Below are positions 33,220-40,984 of a stretch of 64,000 bases of DNA, piece by piece. Both the position numbers and the translations under genes were made by a program. How positions within the stretch are numbered: the stretch's first letter is position 1; the number at the start of each line of letters is the position of its first letter. This DNA comes from Candidatus Krumholzibacteriota bacterium (GTDB lineage: Bacteria; Krumholzibacteriota; Krumholzibacteriia; JAJRXK01): NCBI GenBank assembly GCA_963727455.1, contig CAVSGG010000012.1:17078-81077 (forward strand), given 5' to 3'. The notes below the pieces were generated by a model. It saw only the letters and a program-made list of their open reading frames with translations, was not told the DNA's origin and ran no database searches.

Positions 33220-34077
33220 TCAAAGCGAATCGGCGGGGGCCTGCTCCATCTGGGAGTCGGCCGGCGCCTGCTGCATCTGCGAATCAGGCGCTGCCTGCTC
33301 CATCCCCGAGTTGCTGGTCTTCACCGAGCTGGTCTCCGAGAGCAAGAACTGATAGAGCTGACCCACTGCACACGCGTTGGCCCGCTTCAACGCCGCCGGC
33401 AGAAAGCGCTCCGCCAGCTTCTTGTCCTCACGCGCCGAGATGGAGATCGCGACATTTCGCTTCTCCGAACCGGTGCAGGTGGTGTTCCACACCACCTCGT
33501 TCGTCTGTCGATCGCGGAGTTCGAGGCGAAGCTCGACGACTCCTTCGGTCTCCGTCGGCAAGGGGATGAAGGTCCCCAGCAACACCCCCACCAAGCCAAC
33601 CTTGATCCCGTGACCCACGTCGGCTCCCGCGGCGGCGGCAAAGCCCACTCCCAGACCAGCCAAGAGCGGAACCGCGAACTGCTTGCCGCTTCGCTTGAGC
33701 TTGGTCGTCATGCTCAAGACCTGCGTGTGCAGGAGATAGTCCGCGTTTTCCGGGTTCTGTACCAAGCGGGCCACGCGGGTGTTCAAGATATCTTGCATCA
33801 GCGCGCGCCGCACCACACTGGCGACGGGAACGTCGAGCTTGTCGTCAGCCGGAAAGCGCAGGCTGACGAAGGCACCCTTCCCCTCGCGCTCCTTCTGCGA
33901 GCGCAGGTCCGCCGGTTGCGCCACATAGAGCGAGGTTGCCGGCCGCTCGGTGAAGATGTTCGCCGACTCCTTGGGATAGCGGAGGACGACGCTGTAGTGC
34001 GAGCAAGCCGCCAGACCTACCACGGCGAGCATGAGACCGAGCGAAGCTACGGTGGACTTCCAATTCAAAGGAATCAT
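33220..34077 (-). CDS. Lipoprotein of unknown function with repeat tail
   Basis: Lipobox LAVVGLAAC, a glycine-rich hydrophobic segment (LLAGLGVGFAAAAGADVGHGIKVGLVGVLLG), and C-terminal MEQAAPDSQMQQAPADSQMEQAPADS repeats. Confidence 0.7.
   Translation of the reverse strand: MIPLNWKSTVASLGLMLAVVGLAACSHYSVVLRYPKESANIFTERPATSLYVAQPADLRSQKEREGKGAFVSLRFPADDKLDVPVASVVRRALMQDILNTRVARLVQNPENADYLLHTQVLSMTTKLKRSGKQFAVPLLAGLGVGFAAAAGADVGHGIKVGLVGVLLGTFIPLPTETEGVVELRLELRDRQTNEVVWNTTCTGSEKRNVAISISAREDKKLAERFLPAALKRANACAVGQLYQFLLSETSSVKTSNSGMEQAAPDSQMQQAPADSQMEQAPADSL
33232..33312. repeat. 27-bp tandem repeat x3 inside the 3' end of the lipoprotein gene
   Basis: ggcgggggcctgctccatctgggagtc / ggccggcgcctgctgcatctgcgaatc / aggcgctgcctgctccatccccgagtt. 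In frame; encodes 9-aa repeats. Confidence 0.8.
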
Positions 34078-34114
34078 CCCTTCGAAGGAGCGAATCGAAG
34101 TTTCCGTGCTTCTC

Positions 34115-34864
34115 TCAGAGCTCCAGCGCTAGGCCGTCCGAGCCCATGACGATTTCACCGTCGTAGTGATTCCGCACTTCTTGTTCGACAACTCCTGGAT
34201 CCGTTCGTGGGTACAGGTGCGTGATGACGAGTCTCTCCACCTCTGCCGCGCGAGCGATTTGTCCGAGTCGACTGGGCGCCATGTGGGCCGCCTGCGCCTG
34301 CGCGTCGGTGAACGAGCATTCGGAAATCAAGATATTGGCTCCCTTGGCCAGATTCAAGAGGCCCTCACCGCGCTCGGTATCCCCGGTGTAGACCACGCTC
34401 TTGCCTTCGGCGTCCACCCGGTAGCCCAAATTGGCCATGCTGCCGTGGTCCAGAAAGGCCGTTTTGATCTTCGCGCCCCCCTCTTCGAATTCGCATTCTT
34501 CCGCTTCCCTCAGGTGCAGGGGATAGGGAGGTTCCAGCCATTTCCACCCGCGACGCAAGTTCTCCAGGAGGTTGGCGAGGCCCTCCGGCGCCGTGATGTG
34601 CAGGGGCTCACTGCGCGCAGGCTCCGGTGCATAGCGCAACGCGAATAGCAAGGGTACGATGTCGCAACAGTGATCCGGATGCAGGTGCGTCAGATGCAGG
34701 TACTTCAGGGTGAGGGGATCAAGTCCCGCCTCCGCGTAGCGATTGAGCACACCTCTTCCCATATCGAATCCCAGGATTTCTCCACCGGTTTCGACCACCA
34801 AACCCGCCGAGGCCTGTCCGGCCACCGGGTGCAGAGTTCCGCTGCCAAGGATGCTTATCTTCAC
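34115..34864 (-). CDS. MBL-fold metallo-hydrolase (RNase Z/BN-like)
   Basis: GTG start. ILGSGT…, LHLTHLHPDHCCDI (HxHxDH motif). Confidence 0.8.
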   Translation of the reverse strand: MKISILGSGTLHPVAGQASAGLVVETGGEILGFDMGRGVLNRYAEAGLDPLTLKYLHLTHLHPDHCCDIVPLLFALRYAPEPARSEPLHITAPEGLANLLENLRRGWKWLEPPYPLHLREAEECEFEEGGAKIKTAFLDHGSMANLGYRVDAEGKSVVYTGDTERGEGLLNLAKGANILISECSFTDAQAQAAHMAPSRLGQIARAAEVERLVITHLYPRTDPGVVEQEVRNHYDGEIVMGSDGLALEL

Positions 34865-34881
34865 CTCGATGTTCCTTCCGT

Positions 34882-35649
34882 TTACGCGGAGCGGATTTTG
34901 ATCTCCGCTCCTACTTGAATTCCCAGAGCTCTTGCCGCGCTATCGTTCCGCGCCGCCAGCTCTAGGGTTCCACTGCTTCCGATGTAGAGCAAACACTCTC
35001 CGGGATCGACTTCGTGGAAACTCCCACACAGACCCTGAAGAGTTCGATCCCCCAAAGTTACTTGGGGCACCGGAGCGAATCCGCGCAGGACCTCGGCCGG
35101 AACTCCGGTGATGAGGTTGCCGAAGATGTCGACCCAGAGAACGCGGGCGAGGATCGCGTCCGAGAGGCGGCGCCACCAGGGTTCACCGTCTCTCAACTCG
35201 CTGATGGGGCTCCCCAGCGCAGCGAGGGAGTCGCCCGTGGCGAGTCGAGCCGCTGCCACTGCGAAGATGTCCCGGCCATGAAAGGTACTGCTGGGATTGT
35301 CCACTGCCAGCTTTTCCACGTCCAGCTCGACCGCACTGAAGTCCTTATCCTTCAGGAAAGGCGCGAAGAGGCCGTTGTCCGGCCCTACCCAGAATTGGCC
35401 ACGGGCGCGCAATGCCACCGCGCGCCGGGTCGAACCCACGCCCGGATCCACCACCGCAAGCTGCACGGTATCGGCCGCGAACAGGCCGGCATTGACGGCG
35501 AGCACGAAAGCCCCGCTGCTGACCGCCCCGGCCGGGACCCCGTGGCACAGATCCAGTACCACCACCCGGGGCGCCCGCGCGGCCAAGACCGCCTTCACCG
35601 CGCCGACATACCAGTCCTTGGTTCCGAAATCGCTCGTGAATACGATCAT
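34882..35649 (-). CDS. SAM hydrolase / SAM hydroxide adenosyltransferase family protein (DUF62)
   Basis: MIVFTSDFGTKDWYVGAVKAVL…VVDPGVGSTRR…GPDNGLF…STFHGRDIFA…VDIFGNLIT. The ATG at 35649 overlaps the nhaC-family stop. Confidence 0.8.
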   Translation of the reverse strand: MIVFTSDFGTKDWYVGAVKAVLAARAPRVVVLDLCHGVPAGAVSSGAFVLAVNAGLFAADTVQLAVVDPGVGSTRRAVALRARGQFWVGPDNGLFAPFLKDKDFSAVELDVEKLAVDNPSSTFHGRDIFAVAAARLATGDSLAALGSPISELRDGEPWWRRLSDAILARVLWVDIFGNLITGVPAEVLRGFAPVPQVTLGDRTLQGLCGSFHEVDPGECLLYIGSSGTLELAARNDSAARALGIQVGAEIKIRSA

Positions 35650-37757
35650 CTTCGTTCCCCCACCGGCTTGCCCACGAAGCGCACGAGGAGACCCACCGCC
35701 AGAAGCGCCACCGGGAGTGAAATCCACGGGCTGATGCTGAAACCGGCGGGGAGAGTTCCCAGAAGTACGGTGAGACCGCCCGCGCTGAGGGCATAGGGGA
35801 TCTGCGTCCGGACATGATCGATGTGATCGCTCCCTGAGGCCATCGAGGACATGATCGTGGTGTCGCTGATGGGCGAGCAGTGGTCTCCCCAAACCGATCC
35901 GCTCAATACGGCGGCGATGCTTGCCACGAGAATTCCCTGAGCATGCGGCGCCGACAGATGCGCGAGTTCGGGCAATCGGTGTCCCAAGGGAATTACTATG
36001 GGCATCAAGATGGCCATGGAGGCCCAAGAAGTCCCGGTGGAAAATGCGATGAAGGCGGCCACCGCGAAGGTCACGCTCGGCAACAAGTGCGGCGGTAGAT
36101 TTCCCGTCGTCCAATCCACCACCACCGGCCCCGTGCCCAGTTCGGAGCAGACGTCCTTGATGGACCAGGCCAGCACCAGGATGATGAGCGCGGCCATCAT
36201 CGCCTTGCATCCACCCACCCAGGCCTCGACCGCGCGGTTCAGGCTGAGGCTCCGGCCCGCTAGGGCCAGCACGATGGCGGAGAGGGATCCCGCGATCGCG
36301 GCCCAAAAGAGGGCGCGCGCCGGATCGGCATGGGAGAAGAACTCGCGCAAGGGCAGTCCGGCCAAACCGGCGCTACCCAGCTGCGCCAACAACTGTTGAC
36401 GACCGTCCCAGTAGAGTCCCACCAGGGAAGCCAAGAGCAGGACCACCACCGGTACCACGGCGCGGTGGGCTCGGGCGTCGGGCGCACCACTTTCGCTGAG
36501 CTGCTCCGCCACTTCGTCCATCAGCGGGCTCGCTCCTTCGCGCACTGCGAGACCCTCGTGCCGCGCGCGTCGCTCCGCTGTGAGCATGGGACCAAAGTCA
36601 CGATCGAAAATCGCCACCATGAACACGAACGCGATGGCCAGCCAGGAGTAGGTGGCGTAGGGAATGCTCTGAATGAAAATGGAGTAGGCGGACCCGCCAT
36701 CGCTCCCAATCTCCTGCAGTCCTTCGCGAATGAGACTCACCTGGTAGCCGACCCAGGTGGAGATCAACGCCACCGTGGTTACCGGCGCGGCGGTCGAGTC
36801 CACGATGTAGGAGAGCTTCTCCCGGCTGATGCGCATACGATCGGTGATGGGTCGCATGGTGTTACCCACCACCAGCGTGTTCGTGTAGTCGTCGAAAAAG
36901 ATGAGCAATCCCAAAAGCCAGGTCATGACCTGAGCGCTCTTCACCCCGCGGATGAGACGACCCACGAGATCGACCACGCCTTGGGTCCCGCCGCTGCGGG
37001 CCATCACTCCAACCATCCCTCCCATGCTCGCGGTGAACATGATGATCGTGGCCTGGAAAGGATCCGCGAGCGCACCCACGATGTAGGTGTCCAGGGTGTG
37101 CAGGATTCCCAGGAAGGGATCGCCAACGCTGATCCACGCCCCCACCCAGACTCCCGCCGCCAGAGCGAGGACCACTTGCCGGAAGATGAGGGCAAGCAGG
37201 ATGGCGAGAATGGGAGGTACGATGACCATCCACTGGGGGACCGCGCGCAGGCTTCCCTCGACTTCCTCTCCATCGCTCAGACGAAGGGTGAAGCCCCCGT
37301 GTCCTGTCTCCACCAGCACCTCGTCCAGGACGACGACCCCGTTCTCGTCGCTGTGGACCGTCCAGTTCGAATCGGCCTGCGAGCCGGTCCAGGCTCCGTG
37401 CGGAATGATCTCGACGCGCTCATCAGCGAGGGCCCGCGCGTGATCGTCGAAGAGCGTGAGCTTCGCCGTGCCCGGACGGCCGTGCAGGATTTTCTTTTCG
37501 CCCGAGACTTGCAGGTGCACTCCCGGACGGCTGATCTCATCGTCGGTGCCTGAAGAGTCGGCCCTAGCGCTCGCGGCATGGGCCGCGCTGAACGCGAAGC
37601 AGAGGACGAACACCCACCCCGCGCGAGTGCATGGGCCAAAGGGCCAAGGAAGGAGCTGCTGCTTCGGCACGTTGCTTTGAGACTCCGGCACTGGGAATGG
37701 GACGCAGCTTGAGGGAAGCGCTCCAAGTCCTTGAGAATTCGATAGCTGCCTGATCAA
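35646..37757 (-). CDS. Na+/H+ antiporter NhaC family protein with about 170-aa N-terminal extracytoplasmic extension
   Basis: At least 10 TM segments. LGLLIFFDDYTNTLVVGNTMRPITD, STAAPVTTVALISTWVGYQ, GDHCSPISDTTIMSS. The N-terminus has a signal-like segment WVFVLCFAFSAAHAASA. Exact start uncertain. Confidence 0.8.
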   Translation of the reverse strand: MIRQLSNSQGLGALPSSCVPFPVPESQSNVPKQQLLPWPFGPCTRAGWVFVLCFAFSAAHAASARADSSGTDDEISRPGVHLQVSGEKKILHGRPGTAKLTLFDDHARALADERVEIIPHGAWTGSQADSNWTVHSDENGVVVLDEVLVETGHGGFTLRLSDGEEVEGSLRAVPQWMVIVPPILAILLALIFRQVVLALAAGVWVGAWISVGDPFLGILHTLDTYIVGALADPFQATIIMFTASMGGMVGVMARSGGTQGVVDLVGRLIRGVKSAQVMTWLLGLLIFFDDYTNTLVVGNTMRPITDRMRISREKLSYIVDSTAAPVTTVALISTWVGYQVSLIREGLQEIGSDGGSAYSIFIQSIPYATYSWLAIAFVFMVAIFDRDFGPMLTAERRARHEGLAVREGASPLMDEVAEQLSESGAPDARAHRAVVPVVVLLLASLVGLYWDGRQQLLAQLGSAGLAGLPLREFFSHADPARALFWAAIAGSLSAIVLALAGRSLSLNRAVEAWVGGCKAMMAALIILVLAWSIKDVCSELGTGPVVVDWTTGNLPPHLLPSVTFAVAAFIAFSTGTSWASMAILMPIVIPLGHRLPELAHLSAPHAQGILVASIAAVLSGSVWGDHCSPISDTTIMSSMASGSDHIDHVRTQIPYALSAGGLTVLLGTLPAGFSISPWISLPVALLAVGLLVRFVGKPVGERR

Positions 37758-37794
37758 TCCGGAAGTGTAACGGAGGATCCGAAGGGGTCAAGTC

Positions 37795-38709
37795 TCAGCT
37801 TCTTCCGCCCCGCTCTCCGTGCGCGTGGTCCTCTTGGGAGCTGGAAGGGTGCAGTGGGACCGGCCCCAAGTGCGGCTCGCCCAGGGGCCAGCGCTCGGGT
37901 TCTTGGTGGGCGTCGCGCAGCATTCCCAAGAGCTGCGGGTGTAAGGCGGGACCCGCCGCCGCAATCCGTCCTCCCCAGAGAAAATCGTTCTCTCCCCGGT
38001 AGTCGCTGACGCGCGCTCCCGCCTCCTGGGCGATCAACGCGCCCGCCGCCACGTCCCAGGGCTTGAGGGTGGCTTCCCAAAAGCCGTCGAGACGGCCAGC
38101 CGCCAGGTAGCACAGGTCGAGAGCTGCGCTGCCGCCGCGCCGCACCCCCTGCGCCGTGGTCAAGGCCTCCGCCACGCATCGGAGGTTCATGCGGCAGGTG
38201 GAATCGCGGCGATAGGGAAATCCGGTCGCGAGCAGAGCGGTTTTCAACTCGTCGCAGGGACGCAATCGCAAGGGGTGAGGTTTGCGCCGCTTCCGTGGGT
38301 TTTCCAGACTGGCTCCCTCACCGCGGGTCGCCAGAAACAATTCGTCGAGTGCCGGGGCGTAGACCACACCGGCCACTGGAGTGCCCTTTCGCCAGCCTCC
38401 GATGGAGATGGCGTGGAACGGGTGGCCATGGACGAAGTTGGTAGTGCCGTCGAGGGGGTCCACGTACCAGCAGTCCTTTCCCTCCACCACATCGCGCGCA
38501 CTCCCCTCCTCGCTGAAAACCGACCAATCGGGAAAGCGCTGGCGCAAACTCTCCACCAGAATCTCTTCGATGCGCAAGTCGACTTCGGTAACCAAGTCCA
38601 CCGGACCTTTGGTGGTTACATTCAGGTCTTTGCGCGCGTGCGTGACTTCGCGCCCCGCGAAGAGAACGAGTTCTCTCAAGAATGACCGGAACTCCGCGCC
38701 GCTCGTCAT
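37795..38709 (-). CDS. Inositol monophosphatase family protein (SuhB-like)
   Basis: DLVTEVD, WYVDPLDGTTNFVHG, WDVAAGALIAQEAG. About 40-aa non-conserved C-terminal tail. Confidence 0.85.
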   Translation of the reverse strand: MTSGAEFRSFLRELVLFAGREVTHARKDLNVTTKGPVDLVTEVDLRIEEILVESLRQRFPDWSVFSEEGSARDVVEGKDCWYVDPLDGTTNFVHGHPFHAISIGGWRKGTPVAGVVYAPALDELFLATRGEGASLENPRKRRKPHPLRLRPCDELKTALLATGFPYRRDSTCRMNLRCVAEALTTAQGVRRGGSAALDLCYLAAGRLDGFWEATLKPWDVAAGALIAQEAGARVSDYRGENDFLWGGRIAAAGPALHPQLLGMLRDAHQEPERWPLGEPHLGPVPLHPSSSQEDHAHGERGGRS

Positions 38710-38728
38710 CGATCTTCCAACCCCTTCC

Positions 38729-39301
38729 TCATTCTTCTTCGCACAATGCCAAGAGAGCCCCCTTCGCCAACTGGGCTTCGAAGACTTCGAGCGTGCAGTC
38801 CTCTCGCTCCCACGCGCGCGGCGGCAGACCGGCCTTCCGCGTCAGTGCATGCAAGAAGCCCTCACGATCCAGTCGGTGCTCGATCGCAACCTGCGGCAGA
38901 AGGAGTCCGCGACGCCCCTTGCAACTGAGGATGAGCCCGTGCCGCCCCAGCTTGATGTCCTTCGGAGCGATCGGCTGGCTGTCGCTGAGAACGGAGAGCT
39001 CGATGGCGATCTCGCCGAGAGCGTCGGCGGGAATCCTCTCGAAACGGGAATCGTCGAGCGCCGCTGCCCGCGCCGCCTCCCCCACCGTCAGCCAAAGCGA
39101 CATGGGAGACTCGACATAACCGATGCAACCGGCGAGTGCGCCCCCGCGTGTGAGGGTTACGAACGCTCCGCCCTTCGCTTCCATCTCTTCCTCCGGACAG
39201 CTCTCCTGAGGCAGTTCTTCTCCGCGTAGACACGCAGCACAAACGCGCGCCGCGCGCCGCAAGAGAATTCGCAAGTGATACTCGCTCAAAAGCGCAGACA
39301 A
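38729..39301 (-). CDS. AMMECR1 domain protein (AmmeMemoRadiSam system protein A-like)
   Basis: GGAFVTLTRGGALAGCIGYVE…AALDDSRF…IELSVLS…GLILS.KGRRGLLLPQV. TTG start at 39301. Confidence 0.8.
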   Translation of the reverse strand: MSALLSEYHLRILLRRAARVCAACLRGEELPQESCPEEEMEAKGGAFVTLTRGGALAGCIGYVESPMSLWLTVGEAARAAALDDSRFERIPADALGEIAIELSVLSDSQPIAPKDIKLGRHGLILSCKGRRGLLLPQVAIEHRLDREGFLHALTRKAGLPPRAWEREDCTLEVFEAQLAKGALLALCEEE

Positions 39302-39337
39302 GGTCCTACTCCCAACTCACATTTCCTCGCGGCGGGT

Positions 39338-40966
39338 TTAGTGGAGGCGCCAGAGTTCGAGCTGCTCCCCTCTCCAAAGAGGAGTGCCCCAGCCCTCCAG
39401 TGAACTCGCCATTCCGCGCGTCACGACGACTTCGTTTACTCCGTCTCGTTTCAGATCGGCCACGCAGTATTCGTTCACCCCCCGGCAGCAAGATCGTCGC
39501 AGTCGCCGCACTTCCATGGGAACAAAGCCGCTGCTGCCGCCGGCTACCGGGCGCCCACTGAGTGCCGACCAGAGCATGCACCTCGCATCCAGAGTCGTCT
39601 CCTCCTCTTCGTTGCAAGGGGCGGGCATCGCGATCCAAGCTCCTCTGTCCGTATCACCCGCGAGAGCGGAGAGCAAGGCCTGCTCTTCGCGATCGGGCTG
39701 GGCCCGCACCCTCTGCAAAGTTCCTGGCAGAAGATCCAGGAGCGCGAGAACCAGAAAGGACATCAGAAGCAGACGCAGCGGGCGAGGCATCGAAAGCGTG
39801 CGCCACTGCATGGCGGCGTAGCTGCCCGCGAGCGCAAGGAACAGAGTTCCCGGCAGGAAGAGCCGCGTGGGCGCCCGCAGCGATTGCAGGGCCCAAAACC
39901 GATCCTGGAGCCAGGCCAAAGGCAGTGGGACCTCGCCCAAGCCCGGCAGGGGCATGCTGCGGCCGAACGCGAGCACGAGGCCACAGATCGTCGCCACGGC
40001 CATGCCCCACCACAATGCGCGAGATCCGGCCCCATTCGGCCCCCGCAGCGCCTTGAAAAAGCCCCAAAGCGCCACAAAGGGCCATAGCACTCCGGCGTAG
40101 AGCACGGGGCGGCCGGCCAGGGCCTTGGGCCAGGGTAGAAGGTGGACGGCCGGCGGGTGCAAGAGGTCGAAGGGACGCCCGGCGAAAGGTCCCACCGATT
40201 CCGGTCCGCGTACGAATCCCGCTACCGCATCGGCCGCGTGCTCGTAGGGAACGCCGTTGTATCGCGCCCACAGGAGCCCGCCCGCCAAAAGAAAGCCCAG
40301 GCCCAGAGCCGCTTTGCTGCGCAGCGTGGGCAAAAGGAACAGCACCCCGATGAGCACGGTCATCCATAGCGAGGCTAGATTGTAGAAACCCCACAGAGCT
40401 TGCATCACTACCGCGAGCCCGAACACGGGCAGTCCGTCCCAGCGACCCTTGGCCACGCGCAAGAGTCCGAAGAGCGCGGCGGGCAGCCATGGGGTCGGCA
40501 ATTGGTTGAGATGGTGATAGTGGCCGGCCACCTGGGGACCCACGGTGTAGACGAAAGCGGCGAGAAGGGCGGCCGCGCGGTCCAAGCCCAACTCGCGGCC
40601 CAAACGGACCGCGGCCAGAAAGGCCAGCAAAAGCGTGCCGCACAGACAGAGATTGTAGGCGAGCGCCGGCAGCGCTTTCATTCCCGGCAAGAGCCGGATC
40701 AAGAGTGACTGACCGAAGAGGGTGTCCATGTAGGCCAGGCTAAAGGGGGCCGGCCAGAAGAACGGGGCCTGCCAGGCGCTCTCGTGCAAGGGAGAATGGC
40801 GCAACACCCACTGCAGAATTCCGCACTGCAGCAGCGGATCGAGTCCGCCCGCCAGCGAAGGCAGATCGCGCAGCGGGTTGGCGCGGGCGAGCAGGAGCGG
40901 AAGAACCGCCACCAGAACCCCTCCGGCGATCTGCAGCAGAAGCCATGTCCGATCTTGTCGTTTCAT
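39338..40966 (-). CDS. Polytopic membrane protein, possibly a GT-C-type glycosyltransferase
   Basis: 542 aa, about 11 hydrophobic segments plus a soluble C-terminal domain. No motif I can name precisely. Confidence 0.55.
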   Translation of the reverse strand: MKRQDRTWLLLQIAGGVLVAVLPLLLARANPLRDLPSLAGGLDPLLQCGILQWVLRHSPLHESAWQAPFFWPAPFSLAYMDTLFGQSLLIRLLPGMKALPALAYNLCLCGTLLLAFLAAVRLGRELGLDRAAALLAAFVYTVGPQVAGHYHHLNQLPTPWLPAALFGLLRVAKGRWDGLPVFGLAVVMQALWGFYNLASLWMTVLIGVLFLLPTLRSKAALGLGFLLAGGLLWARYNGVPYEHAADAVAGFVRGPESVGPFAGRPFDLLHPPAVHLLPWPKALAGRPVLYAGVLWPFVALWGFFKALRGPNGAGSRALWWGMAVATICGLVLAFGRSMPLPGLGEVPLPLAWLQDRFWALQSLRAPTRLFLPGTLFLALAGSYAAMQWRTLSMPRPLRLLLMSFLVLALLDLLPGTLQRVRAQPDREEQALLSALAGDTDRGAWIAMPAPCNEEEETTLDARCMLWSALSGRPVAGGSSGFVPMEVRRLRRSCCRGVNEYCVADLKRDGVNEVVVTRGMASSLEGWGTPLWRGEQLELWRLH

Positions 40967-40984
40967 GCTCGAGCGTACCGATCT

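Noticed and set aside
35650-36306. Upstream extension of the 34882-36306 ORF
   Set aside because: It lies inside the NhaC-family gene in another frame. DUF62 homology begins at MIVFTSDFG (35649).
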